NCBI RefSeq assembly: GCF_964355755.1
Contig: NC_092678.1
Location: 20,043,365 to 20,107,364 of the forward strand
Length of the DNA: 64,000 nucleotides
From: Antedon mediterranea
Taxonomy: Eukaryota > Animalia > Echinodermata
Direction of reading: 5' to 3'
In this document: positions 63,011 through 64,000 of the stretch, piece by piece
Layout: each line of letters begins with the position of its first letter
Numbering within the stretch: position 1 is the stretch's first letter
Translations under genes and position numbers: made by a program
The notes under the pieces: generated by a model
Seen by the model: only the letters and a program-made list of their open reading frames with translations
Database searches by the model: none
Told to the model about the DNA's origin: nothing

Positions 63011-64000
63011 TTAGTATATTATTTTGTCAACATAGGTCATTCATTCCTTTTTTGTTATGAAGATTAAACAATGGGGAAAACCACTATCTAAATAGGGGTG
63101 TGGGTGGCTATTAATAGATCGTGTTCTTGTTTGCTGATGGAAAGTCTAATATTTCATAACTGTTACGTTAATAGTTTATCAATATTGTTATCTCTATGGG
63201 AAAGATAAGTCCTACCATTACAAAATATCCTCGTACAATACCGTACTGTATAAGAAACCCGATGTGGCACAAACAATACTGATCACAAATGCACCAACCC
63301 AATTAAGATCTAGTCTTGAAGATAAATATGTTTCCAATTTGCGGGTATTTATGTTCAATAATTAAACGTAGACTTCTTGATAGTTAACTTGTCAGACTAT
63401 AGTGAAATAATAAGTATATTAATTTATTTAAGCCTATCACCATCGTGATCAGACGACAGGCAACATAGTCGCTAAGTATCCTGGGCGATGAAAACAATCT
63501 GAATACCAAGACCCTTTTCTACATTATTGTATCGTGTATGTGTTGTGTTTCTTCTTGTTCTCTCTTCTGATTCGTATCTTTTTTCATATTATAAACATAA
63601 TACATCATGTAAAAACAGTACATAACATACTTCCTGACCTATAGTTTGTATTTAGTCTGACAAAGGTTGTTTTGTTTATTTTTAGTTTAATTGTCTATCT
63701 GATAAATGATGTCAGTTTTTATAAGATACATAAATATGTAAAGTACTGTACTGTAATTCAGCCTTACTTGTTCGTGTTGTTATTTTCCCTTATTTATAAC
63801 ATAAGTGGATGTAAACAAACTAATCATTCAGCCATATTTGTTGTTATTATAAAAGATGTTAGTTCTGGAACGTCTTGTTGATTTTGGCAGGATTTTTGTA
63901 TTTATATTGTACCTAAAGAATGGCAGTTCTGAACTTCTGGGGCGTGGTTGAGATTGTGATGTTTGGGGAGGGGACCACACACAATAATAACTTGATGCTC

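Overview
AT-rich, intron-containing animal genomic DNA, probably from an invertebrate. The repeat types suggest a deuterostome such as an echinoderm, but this is unproven. Three protein-coding genes could be reconstructed by hand. (1) The 3' part of a C1-RA-SARAH Ras-association protein (RASSF1/5-like, + strand, 6 exons, 7608-17027); its upstream exon(s) were not found. (2) A complete 12-coding-exon inositol-pentakisphosphate 2-kinase (IPPK, - strand, 34385-24882, about 475 aa), convergent with RASSF. (3) A BTG1/2-like gene with an uninterrupted CDS (- strand, 62549-62043). About 27 kb between IPPK and BTG has no recognisable host gene. The window also holds a 5S-rRNA-headed SINE, tRNA SINEs, a 5'-truncated non-LTR RT fragment, several MITE families and many minisatellites. 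The most striking unexplained structure is a set of tiny (17-34 bp) inserts with CATAGA..ATG or CAGGGAG..CTCCCTG termini, each flanked by a 7-bp target-site duplication. They fit excision footprints of P-superfamily transposases (17-nt staggered cut). All calls come from reading the sequence; no searches were run.
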